Shown: piece by piece, positions 8,534-17,947 of the stretch
Layout of the letters: the number at the start of each line of letters is the position of its first letter
Numbering within the stretch: position 1 is the stretch's first letter
From: an uncultured archaeon
GTDB taxonomy: Archaea > Asgardarchaeota > Lokiarchaeia > Sigyniarchaeales > Promethearchaeaceae
Length of the DNA stretch: 32,000 nt
Assembly (NCBI GenBank): GCA_964426185.1
Contig: CAYRPF010000004.1
Coordinates: forward strand, 1,444-33,443
Reading direction: 5' to 3'
Position numbers and translations under genes: made by a program
The notes under the pieces: generated by a model
Told to the model about the DNA's origin: nothing
The model's input: only the letters and a program-made list of their open reading frames with translations
The model's database searches: none

Positions 8534-9793
8534 TTAAACAATCTGTTTTCCCTTGTGGTAAACCAAAAATGGATCTAGAGCGCCTTGGTTATAGACAATT
8601 TCTTGGTATTTATCACACTTAAATGCAATAAAATCTGCGATTTTTCCTGGAGCAAGTATTCCCCGATCATCTAAATCTAAAGCCGCTGCACTGCGAACGG
8701 TAATTCCAGCGAGTGTTTCTGCTATAGTTAATTTTTGATATGCACCCAGTAAAGCGGCACTTGTCAGCAATTCACCCATTGGTGCAGAACCCGGGTTCCA
8801 ATCAGATGAAATGGCAACACACAAGCCTATATCAAGCATTTTTCGAGCGGGGGCAAAATCCATACCCAATCCTAACGAGGCACCAGGTAGGGCTACTGCG
8901 ATTACATTCGCTTCTTTTAATTTTTGTAGTTGTTTCTCATTGGTAACTTCCAAATGTTCTACTGTGAGTGCACCCACTTCGGCTGCAACATCGGAACCAC
9001 CAATAGAAAACTGGTCTCCATGGATAACGACTTGAAATCCTAATTCTTTAGCATAATTTAAGTATTTTTTGGATATTTCAGGTGAGAAGGCGCTTTCTTC
9101 AATAAAAATATCTACGCGCTTTGCCAATTCTTTTTCCTTTACAACAGGCAAAAGTTCATTCATTATTTCTTGCAGATACACTTCAGGGTCAGAGAATTCT
9201 GGAGGACAAGTATGGGCGGCTAAGCATGTGGGAATGAAATCGGGTAATAATGCGCGTGAATGTTTGGCTTGATTAATTACTTCCAACATTTTCAATTCAG
9301 CTTCGACCGTTAATCCATAACCGCTTTTAACTTCACAAGTAGTTATTCCCCGATGGAGGTGAGTCAAGCCTCGCTTGAAAAGGCTGTCAAAAAGTTCTTT
9401 AGGGGTGGCATTGCGGGTTTTTCGAACTGTATCAAGCATTCCGCCTCCTGCTTTCGCAATTTGAAGATAGGTCTCACCGGACAATCTCCGGGCATAATCT
9501 TCCGCTCGGGTACCTGCATAACACATATGAGTGTGACAGTCAATTAATCCGGGCAATGCCACTGCGTTTTCCGTGATTTTGTGAAAAATTGTTCCTGATC
9601 CATGAAATTTCGCATGAGAGACTTCTTTTTCAAACTCATCTTTAGTAAGAATACGATCAATCGTTTCTCCTATAATCATAATGCCCCCATTCGTAATAAT
9701 CTCCAATTGGTCATCCGATATAGGACCCGCTTTGGGTAGATTACGCATGGTTACCATTTGTTTAAAAGGACCAATAAGTTTCTTTTCTGGCAT
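8534..9793 (-). CDS. hutI: Imidazolonepropionase
   Basis: PGLIDCHTH, GITTCEVKSGYG, HGDQ, EHL and SDWNPGS motifs; GGGGAGG Shine-Dalgarno-like site upstream. Confidence 0.95.
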   Translation of the reverse strand: MPEKKLIGPFKQMVTMRNLPKAGPISDDQLEIITNGGIMIIGETIDRILTKDEFEKEVSHAKFHGSGTIFHKITENAVALPGLIDCHTHMCYAGTRAEDYARRLSGETYLQIAKAGGGMLDTVRKTRNATPKELFDSLFKRGLTHLHRGITTCEVKSGYGLTVEAELKMLEVINQAKHSRALLPDFIPTCLAAHTCPPEFSDPEVYLQEIMNELLPVVKEKELAKRVDIFIEESAFSPEISKKYLNYAKELGFQVVIHGDQFSIGGSDVAAEVGALTVEHLEVTNEKQLQKLKEANVIAVALPGASLGLGMDFAPARKMLDIGLCVAISSDWNPGSAPMGELLTSAALLGAYQKLTIAETLAGITVRSAAALDLDDRGILAPGKIADFIAFKCDKYQEIVYNQGALDPFLVYHKGKQIV

Positions 9794-9867
9794 AATGTCC
9801 TCCCCATAAATTACGTAAGTGAGGCAATAACATATTGATTAAATAATTTGCGATTTAAAAGAAAAAG

Positions 9868-9918
9868 ATCTAATATTGAGATAATTTCCGAGCAAAAATC
9901 TAATATTGAGATAATTTC
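9868..9918. repeat. 21-bp perfect direct repeat with 30-bp period, duplicating the GTPase 3' end
   Basis: ATCTAATATTGAGATAATTTC at 9868-9888 and 9898-9918. Confidence 0.95.
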
Positions 9919-10901
9919 GGTAATTCTTTTGTTAATAACCTAAACACCAGCATTACAAATGCTTCTTCTACATTGGAATTTGTTAGTGCGCTGGTTTCGA
10001 TAAATTCCATATTGTATTTATTAGCTAATTGGATTGCTTCGGTATTTGAAACTTCTCTGGGCAGATCAGATTTATTTCCGATAATTAATCCCTCATATTC
10101 GCAACCTGCAAATTTATCCAGTTCTGCTTTCCATTCTGGCAAATGCTCAAAGGTTTTCCTATCATTTAGGTCAAAGACAAAGAGTGCCGCTTTAGTTCCA
10201 ATATAATAGGTTTTTCTCACTCGAGCGAAGACCTTTTGGGAACCAATATCATAGATGTTTAATTGGATTATATTTTGCAGAAACTTGTATTTGTGGGTCA
10301 TGATATTGAGTCCAATTGTTGGGCGAAAATCTACTGGAAAGACTCCATCTACAAATCGATTTACCAGACTGGTTTTCCCTACTCCAGAATCCCCTATTAA
10401 AGTATATTTGAATATCCATTGCTGAGGTTCATTAAACTTGGAATTAAGTAACTTTGCTCCCAATATTTCACCCAATCGGGGGATCTCTACGTTGATCCCA
10501 ACCTCTTGAGTGAATAAACGATAAAATTTCTCAGTAGCTATATATAAGAAAGGTTGAATTTTGTCAATCCAAGCATTATTTGAAACAATGTAAATAAAAA
10601 TCCAATTTTCAATAAAGATGCAGATAATTCGATAATTTTCTGTATCAAAAATGGCATTGGTTAGTGGACTATCCATATTATATTTCATAATGCGTTGTAA
10701 TATAGGATCTAATTCAGAAAAAAGAGAATAATCTTTCATGTTTAAATTCTTTAACATGATTTTTTCTCGATCTTGAAATTTATAAGAATAAACTAAATTC
10801 CCTCCTCTTTCCATTATATTAATTGCAAGTAATTCTGGAATGCTATATGCTAAATTTTCAGACAGAGAGGCTAGAATCTCTTCGTTATGCATTAATTTCA
10901 A
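9900..10901 (-). CDS. Rab/Ras-like small GTPase fused to an N-terminal Roadblock/longin-like domain (likely start ATG 10892)
   Basis: G1 GDSGVGKTS, G2 FRPTIG, G3 YDIGSQ, G4 NKSD, G5 ETSAL, and no CAAX. The about 150-aa N-terminus has a helix/beta-hairpin pattern (LLAINIMERGGNLVYS) of the Roadblock/longin type. Confidence 0.88.
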   Translation of the reverse strand: MKLMHNEEILASLSENLAYSIPELLAINIMERGGNLVYSYKFQDREKIMLKNLNMKDYSLFSELDPILQRIMKYNMDSPLTNAIFDTENYRIICIFIENWIFIYIVSNNAWIDKIQPFLYIATEKFYRLFTQEVGINVEIPRLGEILGAKLLNSKFNEPQQWIFKYTLIGDSGVGKTSLVNRFVDGVFPVDFRPTIGLNIMTHKYKFLQNIIQLNIYDIGSQKVFARVRKTYYIGTKAALFVFDLNDRKTFEHLPEWKAELDKFAGCEYEGLIIGNKSDLPREVSNTEAIQLANKYNMEFIETSALTNSNVEEAFVMLVFRLLTKELPKLSQY

Positions 10902-11196
10902 AAATGAGTTTGAACTTAAGAAAATTTGCTTAAGAAGTAAATTATTTTTTAATTCTTACTAAATGAGTTGTAACATTCGAAGAATGCAGTTGCCACTCTA
11001 AATTCCTTTTTCATCATTTTCTAATAGTATTGTAGGAATTATAATAATATTAAGCATCAAAGGATTGACAAGTAGCATGATATTACAGTGAAATGGTGGA
11101 ATGGGTTAAATTATGGGCATGCTCGCAAGAGATGTGAATTGCAAGAACGCAGTATGTCCAATGGTGTAAGACCAATTATCCGAAATAGACCGTAAT

Positions 11197-11364
11197 TTAT
11201 TTTTTTATCCAAATTGCTGTGTTACATTTCTTACAGCGAATTACTTTCTTCAATCTTGAAGATTGATGCCGATAGATTCCCAAAATTAGTTTTCCTCCAC
11301 AGTTGGCACATCTTTCGTTCAAAATTTTTTCTTGGAGGCAGATACCATTTTTCACAATTTCCAT
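11197..11364 (-). CDS. Small zinc-ribbon protein (55 aa, two CxxC knuckles), below the ORF-track cutoff
   Basis: Manual translation: MEIVKNGICLQEKILNERCANCGGKLILGIYRHQSSRLKKVIRCKKCNTAIWIKK*. Confidence 0.7.
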   Translation of the reverse strand: MEIVKNGICLQEKILNERCANCGGKLILGIYRHQSSRLKKVIRCKKCNTAIWIKK

Positions 11365-11418
11365 TCTAGCTGAAAAAAGTGAAGGATTATTTTTAAGCCT
11401 GTGTAAGTATTAAGTTGT

Positions 11419-12630
11419 GTGGAAAAAATGAATTTTCAGCAATTTCCATTAGGATCAAGTGAAAATCCCTATGATCTAATTATTGTGGGTGCTGGTCCTG
11501 CAGGATTGGCTGGCGGAATCACTGCAGGGCGAAATAAACTTAAAACAATTATATTTGAAAAGGAAGATCGACCTTCACCTTTTCCTAGGGGTGAAACACT
11601 TCACAATGCTCGGATATTCTCTCAAATTTTGGGAGAAAATGTTCTTAATCTAATTTCAACTCATTTAACTGCGGGGAGAAAATTCAACAGCCCAATGTCT
11701 TTAAATTCGGTAGAAGTATTTCGGCGTTCTCCTTCAATTGTTTATGAGTGGAATAAATTAATTGGGCTTTTACTTTCTCGATTAGAAGAAACCTCTGTGG
11801 AACTCAAATTGGGAACGGAGGTTGAAAATTTTATTCAAGAGAATAATATCTGTAAGGGTGTTCTTCTTAAAACTGGAGAAAAAATTTGGGCTACTTCAGT
11901 TCTCGTAGCAGACGGTCATAAAAGCAAAATAGGCCATCGGATTAATATTCCTTATAATCGAATAAATTTCCCAATAATGAAACGAATTATCAGCAATTTC
12001 CGTGGAGATTATACTGGCTTTGAATATTTTTTCCTTGTTCCAGGAATGTTGGAATACGCTCCTCGATTTCCTCCCAGTGTGATTTTTGTATTTCCTCGTG
12101 GTGGGGAAAAATGCGAAGTAGGATTAATGATTTTTTCCGATATGGCACAAAAACTGCAAAAAATATGTGATATCCCTAACGAGGAAGAAATCCGCAGAGT
12201 GTGGGAATTGTTAATTTCTAAATATCCGAGATTTTCAAAACTGATGAAAAATACGATTGTGGAATTTGAAGGATATACATATATTGGGGCGGGTCAAATT
12301 TATTCAGATCCAATGCCTATTCCTGGGCTATTTCTTTCAGGTGAATCGATGGGCTTGATAGAAAAATCGGGTGCTTCAGGAATCGCTACGGCTATGCAAA
12401 GTGCGAAATTTGCGGTAGATTTTATTAGTAATTATAAAATATCATCTTGGTCAAACCAAATAGCGCGGAAATATTCTCAGGAGTTTAAGAAGTCGAAATT
12501 TCTCAAACATTTAAAAGGAAATGCACGTAAAGCACAGTTACAGAAGAAATTTTTCTTTCTTTATCTTAGAACAGCCGAAAGAATAAACCAAAAATGGAAT
12601 CTAGTAAAAAATGCTTATAAATTGAAGTGA
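11419..12630 (+). CDS. FAD-dependent oxidoreductase, geranylgeranyl reductase-like family
   Basis: YDLIIVGAGPAG, FEK, ADG, FVFPRG and LSGESMG...GASGI..AMQSA motifs (variant of the GDAAG...GxGI motif). Confidence 0.8.
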   Translation: MEKMNFQQFPLGSSENPYDLIIVGAGPAGLAGGITAGRNKLKTIIFEKEDRPSPFPRGETLHNARIFSQILGENVLNLISTHLTAGRKFNSPMSLNSVEVFRRSPSIVYEWNKLIGLLLSRLEETSVELKLGTEVENFIQENNICKGVLLKTGEKIWATSVLVADGHKSKIGHRINIPYNRINFPIMKRIISNFRGDYTGFEYFFLVPGMLEYAPRFPPSVIFVFPRGGEKCEVGLMIFSDMAQKLQKICDIPNEEEIRRVWELLISKYPRFSKLMKNTIVEFEGYTYIGAGQIYSDPMPIPGLFLSGESMGLIEKSGASGIATAMQSAKFAVDFISNYKISSWSNQIARKYSQEFKKSKFLKHLKGNARKAQLQKKFFFLYLRTAERINQKWNLVKNAYKLK

Positions 12631-13460
12631 TTAGAAGAAGCTACCAAGGATTTCAATAATTCATAATCCGAATAATAATCTAAATCGACAAAAAAAGGAA
12701 CTTCAAGCGCTTGGTTTTTTTGAGAAGGTAAAGATAACGAAATGGTCTTTATTTCTCTGCCTTCTTCAATCATTTGTAAGATTGCTTGAAAAATTGTTGA
12801 AACTGATGGTGAAGGCATATCAAAAAGAGATTTTATAGTTTTTGTAGAAAGTATCATGAAGGGTAGAATCAGCGGGATTTTCTGTGTATTTGGATTTTCA
12901 CGCCTATATACTTTTCGGGGAACAATTTCTTGAACTTTTTGAAATTTAATGCTTAGTTTAATCTCAATTTCAGCTGAAAATCCATTTTTTTCATTTATTT
13001 TTACTGCATAATTACCGTATTTGTGAGCTAGTGGGAGTTGTGAGTAAAAAAGAATATCTTGATCAAGTTTAGATATTTCAGGAAGTATGCGTTCCAGCTC
13101 TTTCCATATATGAGATGAAAACCACGTATCTGCAGGAAATAATAAAATAGGTTCAAGTTCGCTAATAGAAGTTTTCAAAACCCGAAAGGAAAACAGTGGA
13201 CCTTTTTGATAAGATTGGCGTGCATCTACTAATTTCACATCTTTTCTTTCTTTTGGAACGGCATGAAACCACTGAACCATTGTATTGAAATTTGCTCCAA
13301 TTACCAAAAAAATTTGATCTAAAGGTAATGAAGTTAAATGAGAGAGATTTAAGGATAAGGTTGTCTGATTTGAAGAATCAAGGGGCATCAGCGATTTTGG
13401 GTAGAATCCTTTTTGGAATCTTTTTCCCTTTCCAGCAGCCATGATGACGGCGTTCAGCAT
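12615..13460 (-). CDS. Nucleotidyltransferase, GT-A / sugar- or choline-phosphate NTP-transferase family
   Basis: AVIMAAGKGKRF...PKSLMPL, LLFPAD and VDLD motifs. Confidence 0.75.
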   Translation of the reverse strand: MLNAVIMAAGKGKRFQKGFYPKSLMPLDSSNQTTLSLNLSHLTSLPLDQIFLVIGANFNTMVQWFHAVPKERKDVKLVDARQSYQKGPLFSFRVLKTSISELEPILLFPADTWFSSHIWKELERILPEISKLDQDILFYSQLPLAHKYGNYAVKINEKNGFSAEIEIKLSIKFQKVQEIVPRKVYRRENPNTQKIPLILPFMILSTKTIKSLFDMPSPSVSTIFQAILQMIEEGREIKTISLSLPSQKNQALEVPFFVDLDYYSDYELLKSLVASSNHFNL

Positions 13461-13466
13461 ATTTTC

Positions 13467-14426
13467 TTATTTCCATAATGAGTGATAATCGAAATCTTCC
13501 CACCATGTTGTAGGAATTGCCCCTTCTTTAGTAATTAGAAGAGTATGTTCATGTTGAGCCACTAATCCGTGTGCTCTTTCGACAAAAACATTATATCCTT
13601 GAATAATTCCTTGACGGTGATATTTTAATATGATATCATTAATTCGATCTTGTGGGATAAAATCAATCCATCTAGGTGAAAATGGAAAGGGTCCGAACTT
13701 TTTTTTGAATTTTTGCAGCCGAATTCGCTCAGATTGCGGCATATTTTTCTTCTTACGGATATTTTTTACTTCGAATATGGTTATCTCTTTTCCATTTCGA
13801 ATAGCACCATACCCATTAGTGGTGAAAGGTTCAATGGCAATTTGATCCCCTTCTTGAAGGATGTAATTATCTGTAGTAGAACCAATATTTGGAATGAAGG
13901 GTGCTCCATGAAGGTCCCATTGACTAATTCGATGTCCTCCTAGATTTGAGATAGGGGTTAATCCTTTATATTTTTCAATTTCCGCTTGTATTGCCATTCC
14001 AATCGTTTTTATATTGACACCTGGTTTGGCAAGTTCTATTGCTTTATATAAGGCATCTTTGGCAGCTTGTATTAAATCTTGGTAAACGCCTCCGTCTTTT
14101 CCTAAATTCACTGTGATGGCTGCATCTGCGACATAACCATCTACATGTGCCCCAAGATCAACTTTCAATAGGCCTTTGTTTGGTAATACTTGTTCTTCCT
14201 TAATTACTGGGGAATAATGTGCAGCAATTTCGTCTAAACCGATATTAGCTGGAAAAGCGAGCCCTTCAGCACCTTGAGCTAATATATCATCTTCTAATAT
14301 TTTGGCAAGATCACCCATATTTGTGCCTGGCCGAGCAATTTGGTATGCTAATTTTAAAGCATGAGCAACAGCTTTTCCCGCTTTAAGATATTTTTCAGTA
14401 ATTTCAGTGGTAAGTTCTGGAGCCAT
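13467..14426 (-). CDS. map: Methionine aminopeptidase type II (start taken as ATG 14426, not the track's TTG 14480)
   Basis: AFPANI, AAHYSP, KVDLGAHVDGYVADAA, NLGGH, AIEPF and AQHEHT motifs, plus the type II helical insert. Confidence 0.96.
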   Translation of the reverse strand: MAPELTTEITEKYLKAGKAVAHALKLAYQIARPGTNMGDLAKILEDDILAQGAEGLAFPANIGLDEIAAHYSPVIKEEQVLPNKGLLKVDLGAHVDGYVADAAITVNLGKDGGVYQDLIQAAKDALYKAIELAKPGVNIKTIGMAIQAEIEKYKGLTPISNLGGHRISQWDLHGAPFIPNIGSTTDNYILQEGDQIAIEPFTTNGYGAIRNGKEITIFEVKNIRKKKNMPQSERIRLQKFKKKFGPFPFSPRWIDFIPQDRINDIILKYHRQGIIQGYNVFVERAHGLVAQHEHTLLITKEGAIPTTWWEDFDYHSLWK

Positions 14427-14534
14427 GAATTCTTCAATTGGGAATATGGAAGGGATCTTATTCAACCTTTTGATTATCAATACAACATCAGTTATTTCCC
14501 GAGGATTATTATGTAATGGCTAATTCTTTGCGAT

Positions 14535-15494
14535 GTGGAAAAACATCAAATAACCGCATATATTTACATAATTTTGGCGGTTTTCTTATGGGCAACTATC
14601 GAAATTGTCATGAAGTTAATTCAAAATAACAGCAGCCCCTATTTAATGAATTTTTTTCGCTTTCTCATTGGGGGAATCACCCTTTTAATCTATGCCGTTT
14701 CTTCTCATAAAATGCGAACTATTTGGGGATTCTTTAAAGCTTTTCCTCAGTACTATATACCTGCAGCAGTGATTGGATTAACTGGTGGTTTGCTTCTATA
14801 TTCTTATGGAACCGTAATAACCCAAGCCTTTATGTCTGCTGCGATTATAAGTTCAAATCCTATTTTTATTTCTGTGTATATGATCTTTCTTCAAGGAGAA
14901 AAAAGATCACCTAGTAAAATTGTAGGTATAATTCTGGGATTTTTAGGTATGTTGTTAATTATCACCAACTTCCAATTTGCGGAATTTTTCCAAGATGATT
15001 ACGTTAAAGGGAATTTATTAGTTCTCGCAGGAACATGCTTTTGGGTGGTAGATTTAATTTTAGGTAAATTAGTTATGAAAAAATCTGTTCAAAATCTAAT
15101 AGTTGTGAATACTGAAGGCGATTCTCACGCTTCCGAAAATTTCAACATGAAAGTTTCCAGTTTAGATTTTAATCTGGTTACATTTTTAGTTGCTTCTTTA
15201 GTAATGCTTCCTTATTTGATATTTTCAAGTGAATGGAATAATATGATTCATCAATCTGCTGAAACATGGCTTGGATTATTCTATATAGGAATTTTTACTA
15301 CTGGAATTGCTTATTTATTTTTTTTTAAAGGCTTAGAATCCCTTGAAGCATCAAAAGGATCAAATTTTTTTTACTTGAAACCGATTTTTGCAACTATTCT
15401 TGCTTTTTTCATTTTAAATGAAGCCCCCAGTATCTATTTTTATGTTGGTGTTGTAATTGAAGTGATTGCACTAATTTTAATATCAAATAATTAG
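14535..15494 (+). CDS. EamA/DMT-family transporter
   Basis: About 10 hydrophobic helices in two repeats; FFRF, SNPIF, GEK and YLKPIFATILAFFILNE motifs. Confidence 0.9.
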   Translation: MEKHQITAYIYIILAVFLWATIEIVMKLIQNNSSPYLMNFFRFLIGGITLLIYAVSSHKMRTIWGFFKAFPQYYIPAAVIGLTGGLLLYSYGTVITQAFMSAAIISSNPIFISVYMIFLQGEKRSPSKIVGIILGFLGMLLIITNFQFAEFFQDDYVKGNLLVLAGTCFWVVDLILGKLVMKKSVQNLIVVNTEGDSHASENFNMKVSSLDFNLVTFLVASLVMLPYLIFSSEWNNMIHQSAETWLGLFYIGIFTTGIAYLFFFKGLESLEASKGSNFFYLKPIFATILAFFILNEAPSIYFYVGVVIEVIALILISNN

Positions 15495-15538
15495 GAACGA
15501 AAGCAATAATAATAATGGATTCACATTAATGCACATTA

Positions 15539-17140
15539 ATGGATCCATCATCATCTATTACGACTAATTTCTTTTACAATGAATTTGACTTGACTATTCC
15601 GACCAAACCCAGCAAACTGCATCAAATTTTTCCAGATAATATTCTTTACGTTATAATTTGCTGTTTAGCAATCAAAATCGTGTTTTTTCTTTACAGCCTC
15701 TATTGTTATCAGCATGGAATTCTGGTTGCTTCACAAAACATTTTCAATCGTTTTGCAAATTATTGGTGGGATTTAGAAGGATTAAGTGATTTTACTGGGG
15801 ATTATATAAATTGGCATGCAAATTGGTTAAATGGAGAAAAACTTTACTCAGCTGCTTTTAAAGGGCGTTATCTTTATCCTCCTTTGTATTATTATATGAT
15901 TCATATTTTTGCTCATTGGACTGTTTTTTCCGCTCCTATTGTAATATTTATTTGCAATAACTTAACGGGGTATTTTGTATTTCGGTTAGCTAAAAATCTA
16001 GGTGCCACTCCAAAGGCTGCTAAAATTATGGCAGTTCTTTGCCTTATATCTCCCTTTAACTTGTTTTACAGCGATTTTGTATGGCAGAATACTGGTGTGG
16101 TAACCACTTTTCTGGTCATTTCAATGTTTAAAATTTCACAAGAAAAATATCACTGGGGGATGATTTGGCTGGGTATTGCTATGAGTATCAAGCAAGTTGC
16201 GTTTTTTTTCTATCCTTTTTTCGTGATCGGTGTGGTATATTCCCCTTCAATATTCAAAAAAAAATTTAATGATTCGAAAATTCCTCTTGTGAATTATATT
16301 CGTAATATACCTATTCGTTCTCTCTTATTTTACGGTTTAATTCCGTTGGAAATCTTTTTAATTGCTTCATTTCCCTATCTGTTTGAAGATCCCATGAAAT
16401 ATGTCAACATTCTTTTTGGTAATCATCGAAGCTCTAATTATGAATGGATTTACCAGATTTTTTCCAACATTGTTCCTGTAGAAAGTAATTCTACTTTTAT
16501 CGGATATTTTCCTGACTTAATGCAAAATCCGGATAACCGTCCTTACCAAGTTAATTTCCGTACATCATTACCAATTGCATTTGCATGGATCGGGTATAAG
16601 TTGGGAATTCCTACAAATATTACAGCAAGTTTTGCGGTTTTATTTCATATGCAGTTATTTCTCTATATAATTACCATTCTTTTGGGGGGTGCATATTGGT
16701 GGTTCTTAAATCGCACAAAATTCTCTTCAGATCAAGAATATTATTGGTTTATGTGGTATATTGGAGGTCTTTCTCTATTTACAGTCATACTTTTTGCAGA
16801 AATTGGGATATATAAATATTATTTAGTATCTCTTACTCCATTTTGGGCAATGTTTAGTGTATTGGGCCCTTTAAACCATGATCGATGGACGCGATCACAG
16901 AAATATTCGCTAAGTGAGTTATTTAGCCACCCAAGTCGACTCAAAAATCAATTTTATGGAGGTGGATCATATTTTCATGTAATAGAGCAAATATTTTTGC
17001 AAATTACAATGATTCTTTTCAATAAATGGTTGGCTGTGGCTGTTTTTTATTTACCTCTCTATATTTTTGGAATTACATTCCTTTTTGAAAGGATGTTTCG
17101 ATCAGAATTTCATGATATTTTTCAGAGAAAGCGCTGTTAA
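15539..17140 (+). CDS. Polytopic GT-C fold glycosyltransferase (GT87/DUF2029/PIG-M-like)
   Basis: Acidic loop after TM1 (WWDLEGLSDF..D), YLYPPLYY, NxxTG, GIAMSIKQ and about 11-12 TM segments. Confidence 0.7.
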   Translation: MDPSSSITTNFFYNEFDLTIPTKPSKLHQIFPDNILYVIICCLAIKIVFFLYSLYCYQHGILVASQNIFNRFANYWWDLEGLSDFTGDYINWHANWLNGEKLYSAAFKGRYLYPPLYYYMIHIFAHWTVFSAPIVIFICNNLTGYFVFRLAKNLGATPKAAKIMAVLCLISPFNLFYSDFVWQNTGVVTTFLVISMFKISQEKYHWGMIWLGIAMSIKQVAFFFYPFFVIGVVYSPSIFKKKFNDSKIPLVNYIRNIPIRSLLFYGLIPLEIFLIASFPYLFEDPMKYVNILFGNHRSSNYEWIYQIFSNIVPVESNSTFIGYFPDLMQNPDNRPYQVNFRTSLPIAFAWIGYKLGIPTNITASFAVLFHMQLFLYIITILLGGAYWWFLNRTKFSSDQEYYWFMWYIGGLSLFTVILFAEIGIYKYYLVSLTPFWAMFSVLGPLNHDRWTRSQKYSLSELFSHPSRLKNQFYGGGSYFHVIEQIFLQITMILFNKWLAVAVFYLPLYIFGITFLFERMFRSEFHDIFQRKRC

Positions 17141-17164
17141 TACGAACCTACAACTTCTTTACCG

Positions 17165-17935
17165 ATGTGCAATTTAAAACCTTATCATATGACCAAGCCG
17201 TTATCCATCAAGAATCTAATCTTGGGGAAATTTACCCGAAAACGATTATTACAATATATGATTATCAGTGCTGGGATATTTTTTACATTATTCATAATAT
17301 CTTTGGCGTTCTATCCAAAATCGCTAAATTACAGTATTCTTACTCATACAATTTCTTATTTGGGCGATTATACTCAGAATCCAAAGGGCTGGTTATTTTT
17401 TACTTTATCATTTATCGAACTTGGACTTTCTTTTATTCCTTTGATTATATACATTCATAGGCGGGTAATTTTAATCGAAAGAATGTGGGGTATTATAGGT
17501 TCTCTTCTTTTAATAAGTGGAAGCTTCGGGGTAGTGTTAATTGCCTTTTTCCCGGATGTGCACGGAGCGGATCTTTTCAATGATATGTCCTTCGGGAAAG
17601 CTCACGTCATTGTTTCGTTTATCACTGTTATTTTATTTTCTGCAGGTTTTACAGTATATGGAATTCTTTTTTTGGTAAATGCATATCCAAAATTGCACGA
17701 AGGTAAACCAGATTTGTATCCAAATGCACGTACACGCTATGTATTCTTTGCATTTGCTGTTTTTGGTTTAGGAACTTTGATCACCCAAATTATTTCGAAT
17801 ATTCGTAATTATGCATGGCCAGGTCCAGGAATCTATAGTTTTCCATTATGGGAATGGTTACTATCTTTCACTTTTTTTATTTCTATATATTGGCTTGCTT
17901 ATACTCTTCCAAATGAAATTCCTCCATCAGAATGA
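17165..17935 (+). CDS. DUF998 / Frag1-DRAM-Sfk1-like membrane protein
   Basis: YS..THTISYLG loop, conserved H in KAHVIVS, C-terminal PLWEW; about 6 TM. Confidence 0.65.
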   Translation: MCNLKPYHMTKPLSIKNLILGKFTRKRLLQYMIISAGIFFTLFIISLAFYPKSLNYSILTHTISYLGDYTQNPKGWLFFTLSFIELGLSFIPLIIYIHRRVILIERMWGIIGSLLLISGSFGVVLIAFFPDVHGADLFNDMSFGKAHVIVSFITVILFSAGFTVYGILFLVNAYPKLHEGKPDLYPNARTRYVFFAFAVFGLGTLITQIISNIRNYAWPGPGIYSFPLWEWLLSFTFFISIYWLAYTLPNEIPPSE

Positions 17936-17947
17936 ATTAAAAAATCA

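Noticed and set aside
9868-9918. CRISPR array
   Set aside because: Only two copies with a 9-bp spacer, and no cas genes.
11103-11175. SECIS element or SRP RNA; also an 18-aa ORF at 11113-11169
   Set aside because: There is no AUGA/GA core or upstream in-frame UGA gene, no SRP domain IV motif, and the ORF is too short to support.
15522-15541. Short tandem repeat CACATTAATG x2 (also ATAACTC repeats near 25217-25233)
   Set aside because: Too short and AT-rich; probably slippage.
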